From positions 1 to 63,686 of the forward strand of contig JAUVXV010000017.1 in NCBI GenBank assembly GCA_030603365.1: 63,686 nt of DNA. Reading direction: 5' to 3'. The stretch comes from Candidatus Heimdallarchaeota archaeon. GTDB taxonomy: Archaea; Asgardarchaeota; Heimdallarchaeia; Heimdallarchaeales; Heimdallarchaeaceae. Made by a program: the position numbers and the translations under genes. This document shows, in pieces, positions 20,743 to 30,728 of this stretch. The notes below the pieces were generated by a model. The model was not told the DNA's origin and did no database searches. It saw nothing but the letters and a program-made list of their open reading frames with translations. Position 1 is the stretch's first letter. Each line of letters starts with the position of its first letter.

Positions 20743-21815
20743 ATAAAGTGTTAATCAAACGTATTATGATCATCACAGAAAGCGGAGTTCCAATATTTGA
20801 TTTTCAAGAATACGCAAGAGGAGATGAAATTCTAGTTTCTGGGTTAATAACAGCTATTCTGAGATTTATAGAAGAAACAGAGAAAGATAAGCTATCCAGA
20901 ATGCTGTTAGAAGAAAGTCAATTTCTCATTCAATCTCGTGATTCACTAATTTTCATATTTCAAATTGGTGATGAAATGCCAATTGACTATGCTGAATATA
21001 TTAGTAAACACGTTTTGGATAGTTTCATAGAGAAGTATGGAGAACGGACAAGGAAATTCGATGGAAATGTCAGTGTTTTTCAGGATTTTCATGCCCAGTG
21101 CAAAAATATACTCCTGCAATGTGGAGTAGAAATAGTAGATTCACTGATGCAAAACAAAGAAGCACAAGATTTACGAGCATGGTGTCTTTTCTCAAAAGAA
21201 AATGACCCACTAATTGTTCATGCTAATTCACCAAATTATAATATTGACAGTTTCACCATTTTTCAGATATTAGGTAAAAGTTTCAGAAGTGTAACATCAA
21301 AACTTGAAGATTGTTCTAAAGGTTCATGTTTTCATATAACTCATTTGGGAAATTCTATTCAGGCTATAATGCTACCATATGTATTTATTGTAATGGAATC
21401 GAAGATAAGTGAATTAGGAGTAAGGAGATTCAGACAATTTAAAATAAAGACTTCTAAACAGCTCTATAATCTGTTCAATGAAACATACAAACCTGATAAA
21501 ATAGACGTTTTTAACAAGGATATGATGTCAACATCAGACAATTCTGAAATGAGTCAAAATTATAAACTGATTTTAGATCTATTTCAAGCAGCTGAAAAAG
21601 GATTGCAATATTTGTTTAATTCCCCAATTCACATCCAAATTCTTTGTACCTCTAAAAATTGCTATCTCCATGTGAAATTAACAAATCGATTTATCATCAT
21701 GGAATATAACAATAAGGTATCAATGTCAGATTTACTTGAAAGAACAAAAAGCATATTTGAACCTGAGATTGAATTTAAGGACGATAGCCCTGAATTAGTG
21801 CTAGAAAAATCGTAG
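20739..21815 (+). CDS. Longin/roadblock-like multidomain protein
   Basis: IMIITESGVPIF...LVSGLITAILRF...FIEKY...FDGNVSVF, a typical Asgard longin pattern. Confidence 0.65.
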   Translation: MNKVLIKRIMIITESGVPIFDFQEYARGDEILVSGLITAILRFIEETEKDKLSRMLLEESQFLIQSRDSLIFIFQIGDEMPIDYAEYISKHVLDSFIEKYGERTRKFDGNVSVFQDFHAQCKNILLQCGVEIVDSLMQNKEAQDLRAWCLFSKENDPLIVHANSPNYNIDSFTIFQILGKSFRSVTSKLEDCSKGSCFHITHLGNSIQAIMLPYVFIVMESKISELGVRRFRQFKIKTSKQLYNLFNETYKPDKIDVFNKDMMSTSDNSEMSQNYKLILDLFQAAEKGLQYLFNSPIHIQILCTSKNCYLHVKLTNRFIIMEYNNKVSMSDLLERTKSIFEPEIEFKDDSPELVLEKS

Positions 21816-22779
21816 TTGCAGTGATATCAGCAGTTGTACCTGGATTAATAACACTTTTTTGAGATGTTTTCAGATATTGATCTAAATCGTTAATTAAATC
21901 TAAACCTTCTTTTGTAAATATTCCTCCAGCTTGAATAATCCCTTTTGCTTTATTCTTTACTTTTGAAGATATTTCATTTCCAAATCTTTTAGCGATATGT
22001 GTATCTTTCTTCTCAGACATTAAGGTAATATAAGTCTGAGTAATTGCGTTTTTGAAATTTTGATTTTCTTCATAACTACGCAAAAATGTTGGAAAGCCGT
22101 ATTTCATTGTAATTTGATACTTATGGGACAATTCATAAAAGACTAAATCTCTATCTTTATAGAATTTAGTAAATTCATACAAATTAGTACGTTCATGTCT
22201 GTGAATTTCTAGAAAAGAATTGAAATTATCTTCTTCTTTATCAGAAGGAAGTAAGTTTTTAGAGACAGTTTCATTCAAAGCTCTTGTTAAATAAATACAA
22301 TCTTCTGTTGTTGAATTTTTAACAAACTGTTCAGTCACGTAAATTACATTATCTAAGTTTAGTTTGACATTGGTTTTCATACCTTCATGAGCAAAACTAT
22401 GTGCAATTCCCAAAGTTATAGGTGTAAACATAATTAATGTTCCAAGAACTGTATTTCCAGACGATTTGTACCAAGTTTTTGACTTTTCCAGAGCTTTTTC
22501 AATATAAAAGCCAATTTCTGCATCTTCATACCATAAGTGATTTTCTGCTACGAGGATTCCTCTTTTTGCTAAACCAAATATAGGAGAAAATAAACTACAA
22601 GCCCCTGCAAGAAAGTGTTCAGTTTTAGTATCTTCAAACTCATTTCTAAAAGAAGCACCTCCAGGTTTGGTTTCATTAGCATACAACAAATTATGAGCTA
22701 AAACAGCACTCTGTGCTACAAATAATTGTACATCAAGAACCTTTCCCTTGACTTCATTGGATATCTTCGAGAAGGGCAT
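21775..22779 (-). CDS. citG: CitG-family triphosphoribosyl-dephospho-CoA synthase (archaeal type)
   Basis: E-x-KPG, NTxLG, DTHI-x-x-R-x-G, NPGTTADI. Confidence 0.8.
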   Translation of the reverse strand: MPFSKISNEVKGKVLDVQLFVAQSAVLAHNLLYANETKPGGASFRNEFEDTKTEHFLAGACSLFSPIFGLAKRGILVAENHLWYEDAEIGFYIEKALEKSKTWYKSSGNTVLGTLIMFTPITLGIAHSFAHEGMKTNVKLNLDNVIYVTEQFVKNSTTEDCIYLTRALNETVSKNLLPSDKEEDNFNSFLEIHRHERTNLYEFTKFYKDRDLVFYELSHKYQITMKYGFPTFLRSYEENQNFKNAITQTYITLMSEKKDTHIAKRFGNEISSKVKNKAKGIIQAGGIFTKEGLDLINDLDQYLKTSQKSVINPGTTADITATTIFLALIQGYRP

Positions 22780-22998
22780 TATGAAACAAATATAATGTTA
22801 GCTATTTTGAATGATTCGGTTTTTGAGAAATTTGATTAATCAATTTCTCAAAATCTCTTTAAGTTTGATGGAAGCGTTAAGTTTAATTATGCTCTTTACA
22901 TCTAGTATATGTAATGTTTCCGAAAGGGAATTGCCTAATTTTTGTTGAAAAACAATCTATTGATACTTTTTATTTCATTTTATTTAACAGGTGATAAT

Positions 22999-23568
22999 AT
23001 GCATAAAAATGTAAGAAAAAGCGATTCACTCGCTCATGCGACTGGATCTTTTATGGAGAGTCTCGAAGAAATGAACTCTCTCTGGAACACTGATATCTCT
23101 GAAATACTTGAAATTAGTCCAAATGTTATAAGTTTGATAAAGGAAGTTATCACTTCTAAAGGTAAGACTATATCAGAGAAAGAGAATATTATGAAAGAAC
23201 TAACAAAACTAGGAGAACTTTTCAATAACATGGAAAGAATTGATGGCCTCAAGTATGATCTACTTATAGAAATTGATGGTCTTGATTTTCCTCTAAAGAC
23301 AACGAGATTATTGATAAAACAAAATAAAGATGAGGAACAAACAACTAAATTATTGCAGACATTTGCTCAGAATTTGAGTAAAACCATGACTTTTGTAGAA
23401 AGTAGTAAAACCGATGCTGAATTACTGGAAAGTTCATTAAAATCGTTTGAATCAACATATGATGAATATTATAAAATTGTAACAAGTGGTAAAGAATTAT
23501 TGAAGAATCTTCACGAAGAATTAGAAAAAGAACAACAAAAAGCTCGCAAATATGGCGATGTTGTCTAA
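22999..23568 (+). CDS. Hypothetical helical/coiled-coil protein
   Basis: AGGTGA SD before ATG 22999; helical, charged composition. Confidence 0.6.
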   Translation: MHKNVRKSDSLAHATGSFMESLEEMNSLWNTDISEILEISPNVISLIKEVITSKGKTISEKENIMKELTKLGELFNNMERIDGLKYDLLIEIDGLDFPLKTTRLLIKQNKDEEQTTKLLQTFAQNLSKTMTFVESSKTDAELLESSLKSFESTYDEYYKIVTSGKELLKNLHEELEKEQQKARKYGDVV

Positions 23569-23628
23569 CTTCTTCTCCTTTTTTCTTGAAGTGAAAATTT
23601 TATTAGTCATATATAATATGTTAAATTA

Positions 23629-25170
23629 ATGAAATCTAACTCTGATAGACTTTTTACAATAAAAATGACGAGAGCATTAGAAGATAACGTTTTTGCCACA
23701 GGGATTACTATTTTTAAGATGATGGAAATTGCAGGGAAAGTAATTGCTGAAGAGATTCAAAGCCTAGCAGAAAGTAAACAAAAAAATAAAATTGTGTTTC
23801 TTGCTGGTTTTGGAAATAATGGTGGTGATGCTTTAGTAGCTGCTAGAAACTTAATTGAGAAAAAGTATGATTGTCAGATAGTATTAGTAGGTAATAAGGA
23901 CAAATTCAACTCTTTAGCATCCCAAAAGAGTTTTGACAAACTATCAGAATTAGAGGAAATAAAATGGTTTCAGATTAAGAAAACTGAAGAAGTTGAATCT
24001 ATCTTGAGTAATTTTAATTCAGATTTCATCTTAGTCGATGCAATTTTCGGAATAGGTATTAGTGGAGACATAAGAGATCCCTACAAATCAACTATCGAGT
24101 ATCTCAATAAGAATTGCACCGCAGATATCTTGGCTTTGGATATACCATCGGGGTATGACCCAACTGAAGAAAATAAACTTTTTGTGAAAAATGCATCAAG
24201 GATAGTCTGTTTAGGAAGGAACAAAATTAAAAAAGGTCATTTTGAAGATGCAGAGATTATTGTAAGAAATATTGGTATTCCAGAGGATTGTGAAAAATTT
24301 GTTGGGATTGGAGATCTGAAATGGTTTTACCCTAGAAGAAGAGAAGATAGTCATAAAAGACAGAATGGAGTAGTAACTATTATTGCTGGATCAAAAGATT
24401 ATATTGGAGCTCCCGTTTTATCAGGTCTGGGAGCCTTTAGAACTGGCTCAGATCTAGTGTTTATCCAAACTCCAAGAAATATTCGTACTACAGTTGCCTC
24501 TTTTGCTCCAGATTTCATTACCATTCCAGCACATGAGGATGAAATTGAACCAATTGATATTAAAAACCTGTTCAATCATCCTAGAGTGGAAGGTTCTAGC
24601 TATGTTATAGGTCCAGGAATGATGAATAGTGACACAACAAAGAATACATTGTTAACTTTCCTGAAATCAAAAAAGAAAAGGCAAGTAATAATTGATGCTA
24701 GTGCTCTAAGCATGATGGAAGAGGATCATCTATTCCTTCTAAAAAATCATGATACGATACTAACTCCTCATCGAGGAGAATTTCAAACAATTTTCGAAAA
24801 AAAACTTACTGGTAATCTAAAAGCTGATTCGAAGATTGTGACCGAAACATCTGCAAAATGGGAAACGACAATTCTTCTCAAAGGAGAAATAGACATCATA
24901 TCTAATGGACATCTCACTAGATTAAATAAAACTGGACATCCTGGGATGACAGTTGGTGGTACAGGAGATGTTCTTACTGGTATAGTTGCTTCTTTATTCT
25001 CTGTTCTACATGATTCGTTTCTTTCAAGTTGTTTAGGAGCATATATTTCAGGTGCTGCAGGAGAATTAGCAGCTAAAAGCTTTGGTGATGGATTGATGGC
25101 ATCAGATATTCCTAATTTCATCTATCCTGTAATCCATGAAGCTTTATCTTTTGAAGCAAAGGAAGTTTAA
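23629..25170 (+). CDS. nnr: Bifunctional NAD(P)H-hydrate epimerase/dehydratase
   Basis: MEIAG, GNNGGD, DAIFGIG, DIPSG, SHK, TPHRGEF, GGTGDVL. Confidence 0.93.
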   Translation: MKSNSDRLFTIKMTRALEDNVFATGITIFKMMEIAGKVIAEEIQSLAESKQKNKIVFLAGFGNNGGDALVAARNLIEKKYDCQIVLVGNKDKFNSLASQKSFDKLSELEEIKWFQIKKTEEVESILSNFNSDFILVDAIFGIGISGDIRDPYKSTIEYLNKNCTADILALDIPSGYDPTEENKLFVKNASRIVCLGRNKIKKGHFEDAEIIVRNIGIPEDCEKFVGIGDLKWFYPRRREDSHKRQNGVVTIIAGSKDYIGAPVLSGLGAFRTGSDLVFIQTPRNIRTTVASFAPDFITIPAHEDEIEPIDIKNLFNHPRVEGSSYVIGPGMMNSDTTKNTLLTFLKSKKKRQVIIDASALSMMEEDHLFLLKNHDTILTPHRGEFQTIFEKKLTGNLKADSKIVTETSAKWETTILLKGEIDIISNGHLTRLNKTGHPGMTVGGTGDVLTGIVASLFSVLHDSFLSSCLGAYISGAAGELAAKSFGDGLMASDIPNFIYPVIHEALSFEAKEV

Positions 25171-25174
25171 AGAG

Positions 25175-26029
25175 TCAGACACTTGGTGAAAGAGAGACAA
25201 CAACAGTGCCTATACCTAGATGAGTTGCTAAAGCTGGAGTAAGATAATTGATTATTTTTTCACCTAATGGTATTTTCTTTTCTAATTCTTTCATCAATAA
25301 TTCAGCAGCTTCTTGGTCATCACCATGAGTTATCATCAAGTCATATTGAGTGTTTTTCTTTACTCGGCTTAAGGCTTCAGAAATAACCTTCTTCTGTGCT
25401 TTAACCTTCCCCGTTGCTTTCCCAAAAGCTTCAATAATACCACCCTTTAGCTCAAGAAGAGGTTTTGCTTTAGTAACAGAACCTAACCAATATTTTAAAT
25501 TGGAAATTCGACCAGATTTTTTGAAATTCTCTAAAGTTTCAACATAACCCAACAATATTGACTCATCTCTAACTTTTTCGACTTTCTTGACAATTTCCTC
25601 TTCAGGAACACCTCGTCTAGATAACTTTGCAGCAGCTAAAGTGACAAAAGCAAGAACTCCTGAACTAAATTTTGAATCAACAACATGAATTTTAGCAGCT
25701 TTAATCCTTTTTGCAGCAATCATAGCAGATTGATATGTTGCCGAGAGCTTAGAGGTTAATGTAGCAATAAAAACAGAGGAATGATTTTTTAGTGCAGTGT
25801 TTATTCTATCTAAGAAGTCCTTTGGACTTGGAGCTGAGGTAGTAGGTAGTTCATCTACATCTCTGAGTAAATCATAGTACTCTTCAATCGTTATATCTAC
25901 TCCATCTGCCAAAGTTTCATCCTTTTGTTGAATATAAACAGGAACAACATCAATATCATATTTCTCAATTAATTCCTTTGGTAAATCACAGGTACTATCT
26001 ACAATAATTTTCATATTTCCTTTAGACAT
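25175..26029 (-). CDS. DegV family fatty-acid-binding protein
   Basis: DSTCDL, TTSAPS, SKLSATYQSA, VDS, SGRI, HLG. Confidence 0.92.
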   Translation of the reverse strand: MSKGNMKIIVDSTCDLPKELIEKYDIDVVPVYIQQKDETLADGVDITIEEYYDLLRDVDELPTTSAPSPKDFLDRINTALKNHSSVFIATLTSKLSATYQSAMIAAKRIKAAKIHVVDSKFSSGVLAFVTLAAAKLSRRGVPEEEIVKKVEKVRDESILLGYVETLENFKKSGRISNLKYWLGSVTKAKPLLELKGGIIEAFGKATGKVKAQKKVISEALSRVKKNTQYDLMITHGDDQEAAELLMKELEKKIPLGEKIINYLTPALATHLGIGTVVVSLSPSV

Positions 26030-26189
26030 AATTTTTCAACTTTTTTTAATTCTGTATCATAAAAATAGTTGTAATAGTTGGGATGAGATAATTGGAAGTA
26101 CAATTATAATTTCCAATTTTCTATTCTTATCCTTGCTTATAAACAGTCTGCTCAAACGGAATAAAATGAAGAAGAGTTGGGGATAACTC

Positions 26190-27092
26190 CTAAGATTTTC
26201 TTCTTGCTTTTTCTTCTTCTTTTGCTCTTTTCTTTGCCCTCTTTTCTTCCTCTTTTCTTGATCTTTCTCTTCTTTTTTCTCTTTCTTCCATTTCCTTCTC
26301 GTTTTGTTTTTCTTGTTTCTTTAATTCCTTCTCGGAGAGTTTCTTTACTTCCTTCTTTAATATAGTTGGAATTGGAAGATTCTTGGTTGATTCAGTTACT
26401 TTTGCAAAGAATTTTAGAACGGTCATTGCAAATTTAACCAATACCAATAAATCTGCAGGTCGTTTAGTTAGATTAAACTTCAGCTCAAAATGAGGTTCGT
26501 CTGTTCTTATTGATATCCATTGTAATTCTTTTGGATATTCAGAAAGAGCCTTGATAAATGAAGTACTTCGTATAAGCTGATTGATAGCTCTTCCTCTATT
26601 TGATTTTATTAGAAAATTACTATTGACTTCTGTGTTGGGAGTAGTAATATCTTCTATCTCTATTAAATAGTCAAAATCCTTTTTTATTGCAGATTTCATT
26701 TTGTATGGAATTACTTCGAAAAGAACTCTTGGCTTTTCTGAAAAATTTGCAGCCAGTCCAAAAGAATCTTTATTTCTAAAGAATAGACCATCTACCAGCA
26801 TTGTTGGAAAACTTGTTCTTGGTAGAAGTATTAACCACGCAGAAGCGCTAGTAATAATGAAATCCTCATTCATTTGACAACGAATTTCAACTTGTCGGTC
26901 ATTTGGGTCTTTTCGTGAATAATTCATGATATAGGGGTCAATTGCAGTTAAAACATCATCAAAATATGCTTCTTTCTTTTTCTTATTTGCAAATCTTCCC
27001 CAAATATAGAATCCTAAATATAAACCTATGAAAACGAGCACAGGTCCTAACATCGCTAAAATTGAAACAAGATCGAATCCAGGATCAGCCAT
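26190..27092 (-). CDS. Single-pass membrane protein, CCDC47/DUF1682-like
   Basis: TM followed by YIWGRFAN; alpha/beta domain; long charged C-terminal coiled coil. Confidence 0.55.
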   Translation of the reverse strand: MADPGFDLVSILAMLGPVLVFIGLYLGFYIWGRFANKKKKEAYFDDVLTAIDPYIMNYSRKDPNDRQVEIRCQMNEDFIITSASAWLILLPRTSFPTMLVDGLFFRNKDSFGLAANFSEKPRVLFEVIPYKMKSAIKKDFDYLIEIEDITTPNTEVNSNFLIKSNRGRAINQLIRSTSFIKALSEYPKELQWISIRTDEPHFELKFNLTKRPADLLVLVKFAMTVLKFFAKVTESTKNLPIPTILKKEVKKLSEKELKKQEKQNEKEMEEREKRRERSRKEEEKRAKKRAKEEEKARRKS

Positions 27093-27154
27093 AGTAATTA
27101 CCAACTATTTCTTAACGTTGTGATTTAAGAACCTATTTTAATTCTTTCCTTTTG

Positions 27155-27718
27155 TTATATCTTCATATCATCACTTTTCTTAAGCATGATTATTCTTCCT
27201 AAATCAAGAAAAGCAGCATCAACGTTAGAACCAGTTAAAGCGCATGTAGAGTAATAATCGACTAAATTAAGGAACTCATAAGTATCCCTATTTTTCTCAA
27301 CAAAAATTACAGCTTGGCTATCAAAAAGTTCGTTTTGCTCTTTACCCATCAAATCATCTTTGTTTCCTAAAAGATATATTGGAATTTTTTCGGATATTGA
27401 ACTATTTATCTCATCTAACCATATAGATAAGCCTGCGAAAGTTTCGGGTCTGCTTTTATCAAATACTAGTATTCCACCCTCCGATCCAACATATTGTTTT
27501 TTTCGAAGTTTACGAAATTCTCTTTGACCACCAAGATCCCATATTTGAAATGTAATCTCAATATCTTCATCAACATGTTTGTGGGAAGCTAGATCCACTC
27601 CTAGAGTGCTCATATATACTTCTTCTAGATGTAGACCCATAAAACTGCGTTTTAGTGTTGTTTTTCCGGTAGCATAATCACCAAGAAGTACTATTTTTAC
27701 AGTTCCAAATACAGACAT
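27155..27718 (-). CDS. Rab-like small GTPase
   Basis: G1 GDYATGKT, G2 YMSTLG, G3 WDLGGQ, G4 NKDD, G5 TCAL. Confidence 0.92.
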   Translation of the reverse strand: MSVFGTVKIVLLGDYATGKTTLKRSFMGLHLEEVYMSTLGVDLASHKHVDEDIEITFQIWDLGGQREFRKLRKKQYVGSEGGILVFDKSRPETFAGLSIWLDEINSSISEKIPIYLLGNKDDLMGKEQNELFDSQAVIFVEKNRDTYEFLNLVDYYSTCALTGSNVDAAFLDLGRIIMLKKSDDMKI

Positions 27719-27772
27719 AATTATCTAATGAACTTTAATTAGTAACTTATAAGGGTTTTTCTACTCCTCCCG

Positions 27773-28621
27773 TTAGGAAAATGCATCTGGGTACTTTAAT
27801 CTCAAGAATTCTATATTAGTTTTGAAGATTATTTGTGATGGAGATAGTTTTCCATGACCTGGTACAGCATATTTCAAGTTTTTTTCAGAGTATTGCTTTA
27901 GTACTTTCAGATGATTCTTTGGATTTACAGCAAAAGGCATTACTGATTTCTTCTCTAACCAGCTGGAATCTACATTTTCAAATAAGAGATCTCCCATAAA
28001 ACAGATTTCATCATCAGGTAAATATGCAATAATATCACTAACTGAATGTGCAGATCCTACATCTATTATTTGAACTGAACTTTTACTTCCTTGGATAAAT
28101 AATTCCTTCTGAAAGATGAAATCAGGAAAACGTAAATTAAAACCATGATGAGAAATTGTTAGATAAAAGTCTAAATCATTGTTTATTTCAAATAATCGAG
28201 ATGAATCAGTTTCTGTTTTTAATAAGGTATCTAATCTTTTTATTTCCTTCCGAGATTCTTTCTGATATTTTTGCAAATTCTCTAAAGTATATTCTTTCAT
28301 CATTTTAACGGTATCGAAACTGCTAATTATGGGAATAGAAGGAGAAATTGCATGATTTCCATATACGTGATCTCCATGAAAATGACTATTAATTACAAAC
28401 TTGATTTCTTTGGAACAACAGAATTGTGCCCCCCTTATCAAATCTTGAGTTGCTTTAGGAGCAGTCATAGTATCAAATAAAATAACAAATTCACCTAGAT
28501 CAAAAAAACCAGCATTAGCTCCTGTTATTGAATGATCTTTTGCTATTGCAGCGTAAACTCCTTCTTGAAGTTTAAACAAAGTGAAATAATCTGATTCAAA
28601 GTCAAGAACAGCTGATTCCAT
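27773..28621 (-). CDS. Metallo-beta-lactamase-fold hydrolase
   Basis: SHFHGDHVYGN, AHS, GDLLF, PGHG. Confidence 0.88.
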   Translation of the reverse strand: MESAVLDFESDYFTLFKLQEGVYAAIAKDHSITGANAGFFDLGEFVILFDTMTAPKATQDLIRGAQFCCSKEIKFVINSHFHGDHVYGNHAISPSIPIISSFDTVKMMKEYTLENLQKYQKESRKEIKRLDTLLKTETDSSRLFEINNDLDFYLTISHHGFNLRFPDFIFQKELFIQGSKSSVQIIDVGSAHSVSDIIAYLPDDEICFMGDLLFENVDSSWLEKKSVMPFAVNPKNHLKVLKQYSEKNLKYAVPGHGKLSPSQIIFKTNIEFLRLKYPDAFS

Positions 28622-28731
28622 TATAAGGTTGATTCTTAAAACATTAATATTAGTTTCGTGGTCTTGCCAAAGCAATATTTTACAAATTTGTAGTGAAAAA
28701 TTTAACAATAAGTAAATCTAACGCTGTTAAT

Positions 28732-29742
28732 ATGACACTTTCAGTCATTTGTGGTGGTTTTTGGGGAGACGAAGGAAAAGGTAAAGTTCTGTCCTATTTA
28801 GCTTTGAAGGATAATCCTTCAATTGTAGCTCGTGCTGGAGTTGGTACAAATGCTGGACATACTATTCAATTTGAAGGTAAAGAGTATAAACTTAGAATGA
28901 TCCCTTCAGGATTTATTAATCCAGAAATTCGTTTATTAATTGGAGCTGGTGTATTAGTCGACCCTAATATTTTTCTCAAAGAAATAGAAGAAACCAAATG
29001 TAAGAATAGAACTGGTGTAGATTTTCAGTCAGGAATTATAGAAGAGAAGCACATAGAAATTGATTCATCTAACGCTCATCTTAAAGGAAAAATCGGTACA
29101 ACTGGAAGTGGGACAGGTCCTGCAAATCAAGACAGAGCTATGAGAACTTTGAAGTTAGCTAGAGATATACCAGATTTACAACCATATCTAACTGATGTAA
29201 GCGTGGAAATTAATGAAGCACTTGATGAGGGGAAAATAGTACAGGCTGAAGGAAGTCAAGCAATATTATTGTCTCTGTTTCATGGTTCATATCCTTATGT
29301 TACCTCAAAGGACACTTCAGCAGCTGCAATTTGTTCAGACATTGGAGTTGGACCTACAAAAGTAGATGAAGTAATAGTTGTTCTCAAATCTTTTGTAACT
29401 AGAGTAGGAACAGGAGATCTTCCTGGGGAATTATCTATAGAGGAGATTAAGAAACGTGGTTGGGTTGAATTTGGAGCAGTTACAGGACGTCCTAGAAGAG
29501 CAGCACCTTTCAATTACGATTTAGCGAAAAAGGCTGTTAGATTGAATGGAGCAACTCAAATTGCTTTAACCAAACTTGATATTATCTATCCTGAGATCAG
29601 CAAATCTAACAATATTAATCAGATAAAGGGAGATGTAGAGGAGTTCATTGATTCTATCGAAGAAGCTACAAATACCAAGGTTACTATTTTAGGTACCGGT
29701 CCATCTGCTGAAGACATAATCGATTTGAGAGAAAACATCTAA
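28732..29742 (+). CDS. purA: Adenylosuccinate synthetase (short archaeal type)
   Basis: WGDEGKGK, NAGHT, IGTTGSG, YPYVTS, TGRPRR, TKLD. Confidence 0.96.
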   Translation: MTLSVICGGFWGDEGKGKVLSYLALKDNPSIVARAGVGTNAGHTIQFEGKEYKLRMIPSGFINPEIRLLIGAGVLVDPNIFLKEIEETKCKNRTGVDFQSGIIEEKHIEIDSSNAHLKGKIGTTGSGTGPANQDRAMRTLKLARDIPDLQPYLTDVSVEINEALDEGKIVQAEGSQAILLSLFHGSYPYVTSKDTSAAAICSDIGVGPTKVDEVIVVLKSFVTRVGTGDLPGELSIEEIKKRGWVEFGAVTGRPRRAAPFNYDLAKKAVRLNGATQIALTKLDIIYPEISKSNNINQIKGDVEEFIDSIEEATNTKVTILGTGPSAEDIIDLRENI

Positions 29743-29818
29743 AACATTGTTCTTTGCTAATTTAAATTTTAGAAGAATGTTTATAATAGATGACTTATGA
29801 TGTGTATCGAGTAAGATA

Positions 29819-30691
29819 ATGAGTAAGCTACCTTCTAAGTTACATCCGGATTATCAGGATGAATTTTTCTTAAATCTAGATAGGATATTAGTTCCTATTG
29901 GAGGTAGACCTTTTGAATGTACAGGGTTGGAATTAGCATTTTACATTGCTCACGAATATGGTTCTCATTTAGATTTACTTCACATTGGTACTGATCCTTG
30001 TACCAACATTAGTGGTTACCTCAAGAAGCTTGCTAAGTTTGAGGTTGAACATGATCTAATTGTGAGAAAAAGTAAGAACGTTTCTAAAGCGATTATCGAT
30101 TATTGGATAGAGAAAAAACACAATCTTGTTATTATGTCTGGGAGAAGAAGACCAACTATCTTTGATAAGATGACCATCCCTAGCATTTCAAATTCGGTTA
30201 TTCCCCATATTGAAACAGAAGTTCTGCAAGTCTTCCCACCAACGATGAAAAAAGTTTCTAGCAAACTGAAGAATATAGCTGTTCTTCTACCCTATTCACA
30301 CCGCGACCCATTTCTTTTACGATGGGCTTCTGCTATAGCTGCTCCACAAAAAGGAGCTAAAGTTAAGGTCTATCATATAGCGCAAGTTCCAGAAACTGTT
30401 CCATTAAAAGGAGCTGCCAAAGAGAAGGTTATCAAAAAAGAAGAAAAACTGTTTAAGGAATACATTGAAGAATTTTCTAAGATCTTTGGTCAAATCATTC
30501 AGCCTCGATTCATACTTGGACATAGAATTCTATCTTCATTAGAATCCATTTCTAAGAAGGATGAACCCGATTTAGTGATAATTGGAAGAACAAAAGAAAC
30601 CAACTTATGGCAGAAAATCACCAAGTCTTTATCCAGTAAAATCAGAGATAAATTATTATCTCCCGGTGTTTGTATTCACCATATGAGATAG
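29819..30691 (+). CDS. Tandem universal stress protein (two USP domains)
   Basis: RILVPIGG...LLH...LVIMSG and NIAVLL...VYH...DLVIIGR. Confidence 0.75.
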   Translation: MSKLPSKLHPDYQDEFFLNLDRILVPIGGRPFECTGLELAFYIAHEYGSHLDLLHIGTDPCTNISGYLKKLAKFEVEHDLIVRKSKNVSKAIIDYWIEKKHNLVIMSGRRRPTIFDKMTIPSISNSVIPHIETEVLQVFPPTMKKVSSKLKNIAVLLPYSHRDPFLLRWASAIAAPQKGAKVKVYHIAQVPETVPLKGAAKEKVIKKEEKLFKEYIEEFSKIFGQIIQPRFILGHRILSSLESISKKDEPDLVIIGRTKETNLWQKITKSLSSKIRDKLLSPGVCIHHMR

Positions 30692-30728
30692 AACACTTTT
30701 TTAAATAAGAGAGAGAGAGAGAACATAG

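Noticed and set aside
26177-26365. Hydrophobic Phe/Leu-rich ORF
   Set aside because: Antisense of the Lys/Glu-rich coiled coil
30708-30722. (AG)n tract before the AN1 gene as a phase-variation switch
   Set aside because: Short, intergenic and purine-rich like an SD region, with no evidence of length variation
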